The notes under the pieces were generated by a model. That model saw only the letters and a list, made by a program, of their open reading frames with translations. It was not told the origin of the DNA and did not search any database. 64,000 bases of DNA from Planctomycetota bacterium (GTDB lineage Bacteria; Planctomycetota; UBA1135), in the NCBI GenBank assembly GCA_003696625.1, contig RFGR01000023.1, positions 8,298 through 72,297 on the forward strand. The letters run 5' to 3'. Below, piece by piece: positions 1 to 9,898 of this stretch (positions within the stretch are counted from its first letter, which is position 1; each line of letters begins with the position of its first letter). Position numbers and translations under genes: made by a program.

Positions 1-1784
1 TCGAGCACCACCGGTTGATGCCGCAGAGCGAACTCGAGCTGGTCCCGGGCGCCGGCCACTTCCTGCCCTGGACCCGGCCGCACGAGACGGCGGCCGCGAT
101 CCTCTCCTTCGTCGATCGGGTCGAGGACGGCCGCGCACTCACCCGCGATCGGGCCGACCCGGCCCGCACGGCCGAGGCGCAACTCCCCTTCGATCCGTCC
201 TCCGTGCCCGCCTTCGCCGGTCCGGCTCTGCTGCTGGCCGTGCTGCTGATCGCCGCCGCCACCTTGGTGTCCGAGGACCTGACCTGCATCGGCACCGGCC
301 TGCTCGTCGCCCAGGGCCGGATCGGCTTCCCGGCCGGGGTCGTCGGCTGCTTCCTCGGCATCCTCGGCGGCGACGTCCTGCTCTACCTTCTCGGCCGCCT
401 CCTCGGCCGGCGGGCGCTGGCCCGGCCGCCGATGCGTTGGTGGATCCGGCCGGCTGCGGTCGAGCGCGCCTCGGCCTGGTTCCGCCGGATGGGCTGGCGG
501 GTGGTCCTGGCCTGTCGGTTCCTGCCCGGCCTGCGCGTGCCGACCTACTTCGCCGCCGGCGCCCTGCGGACGCCGTTCCGGTGGTTCCTGTTCTACTTCG
601 TGCTGGCGGTCGCGGCCTGGACCCCGTTGCTGGTCGGCGGCTCGGCCCTGCTCGGCGGCCGGATCGAGGCTGCATTCCACCTCGTCCAACGGCACGCCCT
701 GCCGGCCCTGGCCGGACTGGCGCTGGCGCTTTTCCTGCTCCTCAAGCTGTTGGTCCCGCTCTGTTCTTGGCGCGGCCGCCGCGGGCTGGTCGGCGCCTGG
801 CGACGCTGGACCCGCTTCGAGTTCTGGCCCCGCTGGCTGGTCTACCTGCCGCTGGCGCCGTGGTTCGCCTGGCTGGCGCTGCGCCATCGCGGCCTGCGGG
901 TCGTGACCGCGGTGAACCCGGCGATCCCGCTCGGCGGCCTGGTCGGCGAGAGCAAGGCGGCGATCCTGGCCGGCCTGGGCCGGGAGGATCCACGGCTCGC
1001 CCGTTGGACCCTGCTGCCGCCGGGCCCGGCGGCGGCCCGGCTCGCGGCGGCCAACGCCTTCCTGGCCGAGCACGACCTGGACTACCCGATCGTCCTGAAG
1101 CCCGACGCCGGCGAACGCGGCCGCGGCGTCGAGATCGTCGGAGATCCGGCCGCGCTGGAGCGCCGCCTCACCGAGGATTCGGCCCCGCTCCTGCTCCAGG
1201 AGTACGTCGACGGCCCCGAACTGGGGGTCTTCTTCATCCGACGGCCGGACGAGGAGGCTGGACGGATCGTGTCGGTCACCGAGAAACGACTGCCGCGAGT
1301 GATCGGCGACGGCCGGCGGACGCTGGAGGAGCTGATTCTGGCTGACCCGCGGGCGGTGGCGATGGCCCGGGTCTATCTGGAGGAGAACGCCGCCCGCCTG
1401 GACCAAGTGCCGGCCGCCGGCGAGGAAGTCTCGATCGCCCGGGTCGGGGCGCACTCGCGCGGGGCGCTCTTCCTCGACGGCCGCCGGTTGCTGAGCCCGG
1501 AGACAGCGCGGGGAGTCGCCGACCTGGGCCGAGGTTACGCCGGTTTCCACTACGGGCGCTTCGACCTGCGGCTGACGCCGGACGGCTTCCGGGTGCTGGA
1601 ACTGAACGGCCTCACCTCCGAACCGACCCACATCTACGACCCGGACCACGGGGCGGTCCGGGCCTGGCGGGACCTCGCCCGCTGCTGGGCCGAGGCCTGG
1701 GCGATCGGGCGCCTCAACGTCGCCGCCGGAGCCTGCCCCGCAGGTTGGGGCGAGATCCTCAAGTCCTTGTTGCACAGAGGCTAA
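1..1784 (+). CDS. Multidomain membrane protein with its 5' end outside the window: alpha/beta-hydrolase C-terminal remnant, DedA/SNARE-associated membrane domain, extra TM segment and C-terminal ATP-grasp ligase domain
   Basis: ORF 15..1784 stays open to the window edge. N-terminus has VPGAGHFLPW (hydrolase His loop). VSEDLTCIGTGLLVAQG and RFLPGLRVPTYFAAG are DedA-like. C-terminus has IVLKPDAGERGRGV, LLQEYVDG and ELNGLTSEPTHIYD (ATP-grasp). Confidence 0.7.
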   Translation, partial: EHHRLMPQSELELVPGAGHFLPWTRPHETAAAILSFVDRVEDGRALTRDRADPARTAEAQLPFDPSSVPAFAGPALLLAVLLIAAATLVSEDLTCIGTGLLVAQGRIGFPAGVVGCFLGILGGDVLLYLLGRLLGRRALARPPMRWWIRPAAVERASAWFRRMGWRVVLACRFLPGLRVPTYFAAGALRTPFRWFLFYFVLAVAAWTPLLVGGSALLGGRIEAAFHLVQRHALPALAGLALALFLLLKLLVPLCSWRGRRGLVGAWRRWTRFEFWPRWLVYLPLAPWFAWLALRHRGLRVVTAVNPAIPLGGLVGESKAAILAGLGREDPRLARWTLLPPGPAAARLAAANAFLAEHDLDYPIVLKPDAGERGRGVEIVGDPAALERRLTEDSAPLLLQEYVDGPELGVFFIRRPDEEAGRIVSVTEKRLPRVIGDGRRTLEELILADPRAVAMARVYLEENAARLDQVPAAGEEVSIARVGAHSRGALFLDGRRLLSPETARGVADLGRGYAGFHYGRFDLRLTPDGFRVLELNGLTSEPTHIYDPDHGAVRAWRDLARCWAEAWAIGRLNVAAGACPAGWGEILKSLLHRG

Positions 1785-1837
1785 GGACGATTAGCCGCAA
1801 GTCTGGAAAGAATCGCTTCGGTGGTTTATCGAGGACC

Positions 1838-3172
1838 ATGGCACGCACGCGAGTGGTGATCATGGGGGCCGCAGGTCGCGACTTCCACAACTTCAATTGC
1901 TTGTATCGTAGCGAGGATCGCTACGAGGTGGTGGCCTTCACAGCCACCCAGATCCCCAATATCGAGGGGCGGACCTACCCGACCGAGCTGGCCGGACCGC
2001 TCTATCCGGACGGGATCCCGATCCTGCCCGAGGAAGAGCTGGAGGATCTGATCCGGCGCGAGTCGGTCGAGCTGGTCCTCTTCAGCTACTCGGACGTCTC
2101 CCACCAGTACGTGATGGAGAAGGCCAGCCGGGTGATGGCGGCCGGCGCCCACTTCGCGGTCGCCTCGGCGGAACGGACGATGCTCCGCTCGAGCAAGCCG
2201 GTGATCGCCGTCTGCGCCGTCCGCACCGGCGTCGGCAAGTCCCAGACCACCCGCTACGTTTCCCGCATCCTCAAGAAGCTGGGCAAGAAGGTCGTGGCGG
2301 TCCGCCACCCGATGCCCTACGGCGATCTCGCCCGGCAGGCCTGTCAGCGCTTCGCCACCTATGAGGATCTCGACCGTCACGAGTGCACGATCGAGGAGCG
2401 GGAGGAATACGAGCCCCACATCGACAATGGGTTCGTCGTCTACGCCGGAGTGGACTACGAACGGATTCTGCGCGAGGCCGAGCAGGAGGCCGACATCATC
2501 CTCTGGGACGGCGGCAACAACGACACCTCCTTCTACCGGCCCGACCTGCAGATCACCCTGGTCGATCCTCACCGCGCCGGCGACGAACTGACCTACTTCC
2601 CGGGCTACACCAATCTGCTCCTGGCCGACCTGCTGATCGTCAACAAAGTGCAGACCGCGCCGCCGGACCAGGTCGAACAGGCGGTCGCCAACTGCAAGCG
2701 GCACAATCCGCGGGCCAAGGTCATCCAGTGCGCCTCGGTGATCACGGTCGAACAGCCGGAGCTGATCGAGGGCAAGCACGCCCTGGTGGTCGAGGACGGC
2801 CCCACCCTCACCCACGGCGGCATGCGCTACGGTGCCGGCTGGTTCGCGGCCAAGAACGCCCGCGCGGCCAGCATCGTCGACGCCCGCCCCTACGCGGTCG
2901 GCTCGATCAAGGAGACCTACGAGAAGTACCCGAACGCCGCCGCCATCCTGCCGGCGATGGGCTATGGCGCCACCCAGATCAAGGAGCTGGAGGAGACGAT
3001 CAACGCCACCCCGGCCGACGTCGTGGTCGAGGGCACGCCGATCGACCTGTCGCGCATCATCAAGGTCGACAAGCCGATCGCCAACGTCGTCTACGAACTC
3101 GAGGAACTGGCGCCGGGCGTGATCGAAAGCATGGTCACGAAGCTGGTCCCGCCCGCTGACGGACAATCCTGA
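1838..3172 (+). CDS. Cyclic 2,3-diphosphoglycerate synthetase-like P-loop protein (COG2403-type predicted GTPase/ligase)
   Basis: Internal ATG at 1838 (MARTRVVIMGAAGRDFHNFN). Walker A-like AVRTGVGKSQT. Overall similarity to the cpgS family recalled from memory. Confidence 0.7.
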   Translation: MARTRVVIMGAAGRDFHNFNCLYRSEDRYEVVAFTATQIPNIEGRTYPTELAGPLYPDGIPILPEEELEDLIRRESVELVLFSYSDVSHQYVMEKASRVMAAGAHFAVASAERTMLRSSKPVIAVCAVRTGVGKSQTTRYVSRILKKLGKKVVAVRHPMPYGDLARQACQRFATYEDLDRHECTIEEREEYEPHIDNGFVVYAGVDYERILREAEQEADIILWDGGNNDTSFYRPDLQITLVDPHRAGDELTYFPGYTNLLLADLLIVNKVQTAPPDQVEQAVANCKRHNPRAKVIQCASVITVEQPELIEGKHALVVEDGPTLTHGGMRYGAGWFAAKNARAASIVDARPYAVGSIKETYEKYPNAAAILPAMGYGATQIKELEETINATPADVVVEGTPIDLSRIIKVDKPIANVVYELEELAPGVIESMVTKLVPPADGQS

Positions 3173-3196
3173 GTCGGAGCGTCCCCCCCTCCGCAG

Positions 3197-4587
<1,391 letters not shown>

Positions 4588-4591
<4 letters not shown>

Positions 4592-6273
4592 GCCGCGCCT
4601 CCCGCTACCGACGCGGGTGCCGCCGGGGTCGGCTCGGTCGGCTGTCTCAGGGGCAGGTGGATGTGGAAGGTCGTGCCGACGCCGGGTTCGGAGTCGACCT
4701 GGATGGCGCCGTGGTGCCGCTCGACGATGCCATAGACCACGGCCAGGCCCAGGCCGACACTGCGGCCGCCCTCCTTGGTCGTATAGAAGGGCTCGAAGAT
4801 CCGGTGCAGGTCTTCCTTGCGGATGCCGCAACCGTTGTCGCGCACGAGGAGGACGACGCCGTCCCGGCCGTTGGCTTCGGCCCGGATCTCGACCCGCCCG
4901 TCCCGGCCGACCGCGTCCAGCGCGTTCATGCCCAGGGCCAGGATCATCTGCTCGATCTGGCCGGCGTCGCACTCGACCTGGGGCAGGCCGTCGGCGGCGT
5001 CGACGACAAGTTCGATCGAGCGCATCTCGGCCTGGTGGCGCAGGAGCAGCGCCGCCCGCTGCAGGATCGGCGGCAAGCTCTCCGGCAGGCAGCGGGCGCC
5101 GTTGCCGCGACTGAAGGCAAGCAGGTTGCGGACGATCTCGCCGCAGCGACCGGCCTCGTCCGCGATCAGGTCGAGGGTTCCGGCGATGGAAGGAACCTGG
5201 CCGTCTTCGATCTCGCGGCCGGCCTCGGCGCAGGCGGCTAGGCGGCGGCCGAGCAGGCGGGCGTAGGTACCGATGCCGGTCAGCGGATTGTTCAGCTCGT
5301 GGGCCACGACCGCCGCCAGCTTGCCGAGCGAGGCCATCTTCTCGACCACGATCATCTGCTGCACGGCGACCTCGAGCTGGCGCGTCTTCTCCGACACCCG
5401 TTCCTCGAGGGTGCGGCTCCAGTCCTCGAGTTCGGCCCGCGTCCGGGCCAGTTCCTCGATCATCTCGTTCCAGGAGCGGGCCAGCAGGCCGAGTTCGGTG
5501 CGGCTGGTCACCGGCAGGCGGGTGTCAAGGCGACCGTCGCGCACCCGCTGCGTCGCCAGGGTCAGCCGCTGCACCGGGCGCAGGATCAGGCGCCAGGCCA
5601 GGGCGAGGGCGACGCCGACAACGGCGACGACGAGCATGAACAAACCCAGGCCGAGCCGCCGCTCGGAGGCCAGGAGGTGGGCGTCGACCGGGGCCAAGGA
5701 GAGCTGCACGTCGAGCACGCCGAGAACGCGCTGACCGGCCGAGTGGGCGTGGCAGGCGGCGTTGGCGCAGTCCGGCTCGTTGCGGATCGGCGCGATCACA
5801 CCGAGCACGTGCTCGCCCTCGCTGTCGGTGAACTCGCGCTGCCGATCCTCGAGGTCGAGGCTCTGCAGCGGTTCCTCGCGCGCGTGGCAGCCCCAGCACA
5901 TCTCAGCCCCCTTGTCCACGTAGTCGCCGACTTCGTGCGCGTCGGTGCTGGTGATGATCCGCCCCTGTTTGTCGAAGATGCGGATGCGGCGGACGCCGGA
6001 CTGGGCGGCGATGTCCTGGAGGATGCGGTCGACGTCCTCCGGCTCGTTTTGCAGCATCGCGTTGCGCGTCGCGCGGCGGATCGTCTCGGCCGAGCCCTCG
6101 GCCGACAGCCCGACCAAGTCGGTCAACTGCGAGCGCTGCCGGTGCAGGTTCCAGGCGCCGACCGCCAGCAGAACCAGGGTCGAGCCCGCGCCGAGGCCGA
6201 CCGAGAGCCGGAAGGCCAGCCGGTTGCCCCAGGGCAGCCGGACGCGCGCAGGGGAGGAAGCGTCCCTGGACAT
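4588..6273 (-). CDS. Sensor histidine kinase (2 TM, periplasmic loop with CWGCH and CANAACH motifs, HAMP, HisKA, HATPase_c)
   Basis: TM1 at about aa 20-42 and TM2 at about aa 205-230. HAMP segment (RPVQRL...WNEMIEEL). H-box VVAHELNNPL. N/G boxes (NALDAV, DNGCGI, GLGLAVV). Confidence 0.9.
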
Positions 6274-6349
6274 GGCGCCGCAGCGAAACGGTGGCGGGCC
6301 CTGCGGGAGGATTAACCCCAGCCGGGCCCGCCGCCAGAGGGGATCCTGC

Positions 6350-7975
6350 TCAATCGTCGGAGTCGACGTGGCAGAGGGTGCAGTCGTCGTAGGTGTTGAA
6401 GGCGGTCTCGCCGTCGTGGCAAGCGGCGCAGAGGTCGCCGTCGTGCGCCCGGTCGGCGTCGATCTCGCCCTCGGCCGGAGCGCCGGAGCGCGTGAAGAGG
6501 AAGAGTCCGGGGTGGCAGCGGCGGCAACCGAGTTCGCCGGCGTCGACGTGGTCGCGGTGGTCGAAGCGGACCGGCCCCGGGCTCTCCTCCCCGGCGGGGA
6601 ACAGCCAAGGCGGCGGCAGGGTCAGCTCGCCGTCGGCCGAGACTGGGCGCGGGGACTCCTCCCCTCCCGCCGCCGCGACTGCGACCTCGGCGGCGTCCCG
6701 GCCGCCGCCCAGCGCCGGCAGGCCGCCGGTCGCGGCTACGCCGACGGCGCCGACGGCCACCATCACCCACAGCCCGAAGAGGGCCGGGCGGGTGAGGAAG
6801 GGGCCGCCGGCCGCCGGCCGCCGGCGGATCATCCAGGCCGGCACCCGCTCCTCACGCGCCGGCGGGAAGACCGGCAGCCAGCGCCCGGCCAAGCCGAAGA
6901 GGGCGACGCCGAGCGCCACCAGCGACACCGTGACGGTCATCTCCAGCACCGAGGGGAAGTAGCTGGCGCCGGTCCAGCCGGCCATGCCGGTGACGGCGAC
7001 GTTCAGGCGGTGGACGATGAAGCCCATCACCGTCAGGGTGGCGGCGAAGAACAGGCCGCTGTTCGAGTAGCGCACCCGGCGCGAGGCCAGCAGCACCATC
7101 GGCAGGGCCGAGCCGAGGCCGATCTCGCCCCAGAACAGCACCGCCTCCGGCGTCGCCTCGAAGGCGTAGTGCAGGGCGCCGCGGTACAGCAGGTCGTTCG
7201 CCCGCAGCACCAGGTAGACCGCCTGCACCACCACCACCGCCCGCGCCAAGCCGCGCAGGAGGTCCCCCTCGAGGCGGCGGCCGAAGGCCCGGCTGCTCAT
7301 GCAGGACTCGAACATGGTCATGGCCAGGCCCGCGGCCACCGCGCTGACGAGGAACAGCACCGGCAGCATGCCGCTGTACCAGAGCGGATGCAGCTTGTCC
7401 GGCGCGATGACGTAGAGGCTGCCGAGGGAGGACTGGTGCGTCACCGACAGGATCACGCCGAGGATCACCAGCGGCCCCATCAGCTTGCGCACCGCCCGCA
7501 GCGGCCTGGTCCAGCCCAACTTCTCGAACAGCAGCGGGCTGAACTCGAGGGCCAGCACGATGGCGTAGAGCATCTCGCACCAGCCGATCAGGAACATCAC
7601 CGAGCGCGGGTTCCAGAACACCAGCGGGTGCCAGATCCGCGTCGGCCGGCCGAGGTCGAAGAGCACGGCCAGGATCACCATTAGGTAGCCGAGGAAGGCC
7701 GTCAGCAGCGCCGGCCGGGCGATGGCCGCGTAGCGCTCCATGTGGAAGACGTGCACCGTGGCGGCGATGACGAAGCCGCCGGCGGCGACGCCGACCCCGA
7801 CCAGCACGTCGAAGCCGATCCACAGCCCCCAGGGGTAGGCATCGGACAGATTGGTGGCCGCGCCCAGGCCCTGGGTGAAGCGGACCGCGGCGGCGTAGGC
7901 ACCGGCGATCAGCAGCAGGCCGAGGACCAGTTTCCACAGGGTCAGGCGGCCGAACAGGCGGACCAGCTTCATCAT
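6350..7975 (-). CDS. NrfD/PsrC-family polytopic quinone-interacting membrane subunit fused to a C-terminal triheme cytochrome c7/c3-like domain
   Basis: Start MMKLVRLFGRLTLWK at 7975 overlaps the upstream stop. NrfD-like helices (YPWGLWIGFDV, RPTRIWHP). C-terminus has FDHRDH...CRRCH...CAACH...CTLCH (three CXXCH motifs). Confidence 0.85.
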   Translation of the reverse strand: MMKLVRLFGRLTLWKLVLGLLLIAGAYAAAVRFTQGLGAATNLSDAYPWGLWIGFDVLVGVGVAAGGFVIAATVHVFHMERYAAIARPALLTAFLGYLMVILAVLFDLGRPTRIWHPLVFWNPRSVMFLIGWCEMLYAIVLALEFSPLLFEKLGWTRPLRAVRKLMGPLVILGVILSVTHQSSLGSLYVIAPDKLHPLWYSGMLPVLFLVSAVAAGLAMTMFESCMSSRAFGRRLEGDLLRGLARAVVVVQAVYLVLRANDLLYRGALHYAFEATPEAVLFWGEIGLGSALPMVLLASRRVRYSNSGLFFAATLTVMGFIVHRLNVAVTGMAGWTGASYFPSVLEMTVTVSLVALGVALFGLAGRWLPVFPPAREERVPAWMIRRRPAAGGPFLTRPALFGLWVMVAVGAVGVAATGGLPALGGGRDAAEVAVAAAGGEESPRPVSADGELTLPPPWLFPAGEESPGPVRFDHRDHVDAGELGCRRCHPGLFLFTRSGAPAEGEIDADRAHDGDLCAACHDGETAFNTYDDCTLCHVDSDD

Positions 7976-8775
7976 TCTTCCTCCCTCCCCGCGCCGCCGG
8001 CCAGCGGCGGCGCCAGCTGCATGGCTTCGTCCACGCTCAGCTCGCCGCGCTCGACCCTGGCCATCACCTCGCGCCGCCCGGTCAGCCACCAGAGGCCGAC
8101 CAGCAGGGCGCCGCTGACGGTCCACCCGGCCGGCATCTTCTCCAGGATGGCCCAAGTCATGCCCGGGTAGCGCCGGTCCTCCTGCACGCGCGGGAAGCCG
8201 AGCGCCGCGAAGGGCACCGGCGACAGGTAGAGGACCGAGGTGCCGCCGGCTTCGCGCAGACCGTAGATGTGGTCGACGTAGTCGTCCGGCCGCTCGCGGA
8301 GGCGCTGCCGGGCCCGGTCGACCAGGTCCTGCCGCTCGCCGAAGGCGATCGCCCCAGCCGGGCAGACGGCGGCGCAGGCCGGCTTCTCGCCGTTCCGCAC
8401 CCGCTGCTCCCAGCACAGGATGCACTTGCGCACGCGCGGCTCGCGGCTGTCCCACTCGTAGCGCGGCACGCCGAAGGGGCAGGCGATCATGCAGTAGCGG
8501 CAGCCCATGCAGAGGGTCTCGTCATAGACCACCGGGCCGTCCGGCGAGCGGTGCATGGCCCCCACCGGGCAGACCGAAGCGCAGGCCGGGTCGAGGCAGT
8601 GCATGCACTGCCGCTTCACCGTCAGGCCGGCGCGGTGGTCGAGGAAGGTCCAGGTGCGGGCGTCGAGCCGCTCGGCCGGCGCGTCCAGCGGCAGCCGGTT
8701 GATCTCGCGACAGGCGGTGACGCAGCTGCCGCAGCCCCGGCAGCGGGCCAGATCGATCAGGAGTCCTCGGGTCAT
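7972..8775 (-). CDS. 4Fe-4S ferredoxin-type subunit (NrfC/HybA/DsrO-like) with a C-terminal TM helix and no twin-arginine signal
   Basis: Cys clusters CRGCGSCVTAC, CMHCLDPAC..C, CMGCRYCMIAC and CILC...C..VC. N-terminus MTRGLLIDLARC lacks an RR motif. C-terminal hydrophobic WTVSGALLVGLWWL. Confidence 0.88.
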   Translation of the reverse strand: MTRGLLIDLARCRGCGSCVTACREINRLPLDAPAERLDARTWTFLDHRAGLTVKRQCMHCLDPACASVCPVGAMHRSPDGPVVYDETLCMGCRYCMIACPFGVPRYEWDSREPRVRKCILCWEQRVRNGEKPACAAVCPAGAIAFGERQDLVDRARQRLRERPDDYVDHIYGLREAGGTSVLYLSPVPFAALGFPRVQEDRRYPGMTWAILEKMPAGWTVSGALLVGLWWLTGRREVMARVERGELSVDEAMQLAPPLAGGAGREEE

Positions 8776-8787
8776 GGCCGATCGACC

Positions 8788-9507
8788 TCAGCCGGCGAAG
8801 ATCCGGTCGGAGAAGTCCTTCCAGTCGCCCGCACCCAGCTCGCCGGCGATGCCGACGGGCACCGGGGCGGCGCCGGGCTGGATCACGGCCGAGAAACGCT
8901 GGCCCTTGCCCAGGCGGGCGGCGAAGTCGCGCACCCGCGAAAGCTCGCTCGCCATCCAGGCCCTGGCCTCCTCGGCCACCCGCATGCCGCGCAGGGCCTC
9001 GGCGATGCCGCGGGCGCGCAGCCGGTACAGCCAGCCTTCCTGGAAGGGGTCGTGCGCCAGCCGCTCGGGATCGGCCGCGGCCAGGGTGTTGACCTCGTCG
9101 ATGACCCCGTCGAGCGGCGCCCGGAGGACGATCTCGCGGTCGCCGAAGTGGAGGGTGGCCAACGGGTCGCCGCGGCGCACGACGCTCCCGGCCGGGAGGA
9201 GCTGCAGGCGGTCGAGACCGCCGAGCAGGGCCGGGGCGAGACGGTCGGTGCCCAGGCGGACGCTGCCGGTACTCTCCAGCTGCAGCCAGTTGTGGCCGGG
9301 GGAGAGGAACAGCCCGGGCGGGATGTCGGTGAGTTCCTCGAGGCTGGGCGCCGGTTCGGGGAGGGTCTCGGGGACGGTCTCGGCCACCCCGACCCGGCCC
9401 GCCTCGCCCTCGAGGGCGTGCGCGGCCCGGCGGGCGTCCGCCCGCTGGACCAGGTAGTCGAAGGTGAGGGCGGCGACGAAGGTGAGGAGGACGAGGAGGA
9501 CGAACAT
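8788..9507 (-). CDS. Membrane-anchored glycine-cleavage H-protein-like (GcvH fold) protein lacking the lipoyl-lysine
   Basis: ATG at 9507 preceded by GGGAGAA. N-terminal TM MFVLLVLLTFVAALTF. The GHNWLQLE...PLDGVIDEVN...EGWLYRL core aligns to GcvH, with HFGD in place of ESVK. Confidence 0.7.
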   Translation of the reverse strand: MFVLLVLLTFVAALTFDYLVQRADARRAAHALEGEAGRVGVAETVPETLPEPAPSLEELTDIPPGLFLSPGHNWLQLESTGSVRLGTDRLAPALLGGLDRLQLLPAGSVVRRGDPLATLHFGDREIVLRAPLDGVIDEVNTLAAADPERLAHDPFQEGWLYRLRARGIAEALRGMRVAEEARAWMASELSRVRDFAARLGKGQRFSAVIQPGAAPVPVGIAGELGAGDWKDFSDRIFAG

Positions 9508-9550
9508 CGTGGTTTCTCCCGGCGGGCCCCGCGCCCGCCACCGGGAGAAA

Positions 9551-9568
9551 CTCAAGGCTCGTGCCAAC
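9551..9568 (-). promoter_or_regulatory. Candidate sigma54 (-24/-12) promoter for the redox/sensor operon
   Basis: Minus strand reads TTGGCACGAGCCTTGAG, matching the consensus YTGGCACG-N4-TTGCW except that -12 is GA instead of GC. It lies about 45-60 nt upstream of the ATG at 9507. An NtrC-type activator is encoded in the same operon. Confidence 0.5.
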
Positions 9569-9733
9569 CGTCCAAGCGGATCCTCACGGGCCCGAATTCG
9601 GGCTTTCCGGCCGGTTTGGGCCGAATTTGGGCCGAAGGTGGGCGGGTGGACCGGTGTCGGAATCCACCACAGGGGTGTTGGGGGAACCCACACTCCGCCG
9701 GCGCCAGGGTCAGGACCGCGGTGGGAGGAAAAT

Positions 9734-9767
9734 GCGGCCGCGGAGGCCCCTCAACCCCCGCGGCCGC
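9734..9767 (-). terminator. Candidate intrinsic terminator downstream of marR
   Basis: Perfect 10-bp GC stem GCGGCCGCGG/CCGCGGCCGC with a 14-nt loop, followed on the minus strand by ATTTTCC. Confidence 0.45.
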
Positions 9768-9898
9768 GAAAACCAGTCGAAGTTGGTCAGGCAAATAGGC
9801 GCCTGATCGCCGGGACTCTCCCTCAAGAATTCCCTGCGAGGAACGGTTGTTCCACCAACAATCTTGAGGATAGCCAATCCCGGCTCCCCGGCCAAGCC

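Noticed and set aside
9615-9636. Tandem 11-bp repeat and other short repeats, considered as CRISPR or mobile-element remnants.
   Set aside because: There are only two copies with no spacers. No cas, transposase or integrase genes occur anywhere in the window. The repeats are better explained as regulator half-sites.
9781-9898. Lower-GC stretch with nested inverted repeats (CCTCAAGA...TCTTGAGG and GGAAC-GGTT-GTTCC) downstream of marR, considered as a small RNA or riboswitch.
   Set aside because: It has no recognisable riboswitch consensus and no promoter or terminator pair defining a discrete transcript. It is most simply the marR 3' UTR. RNA-seq would be needed to revisit this.
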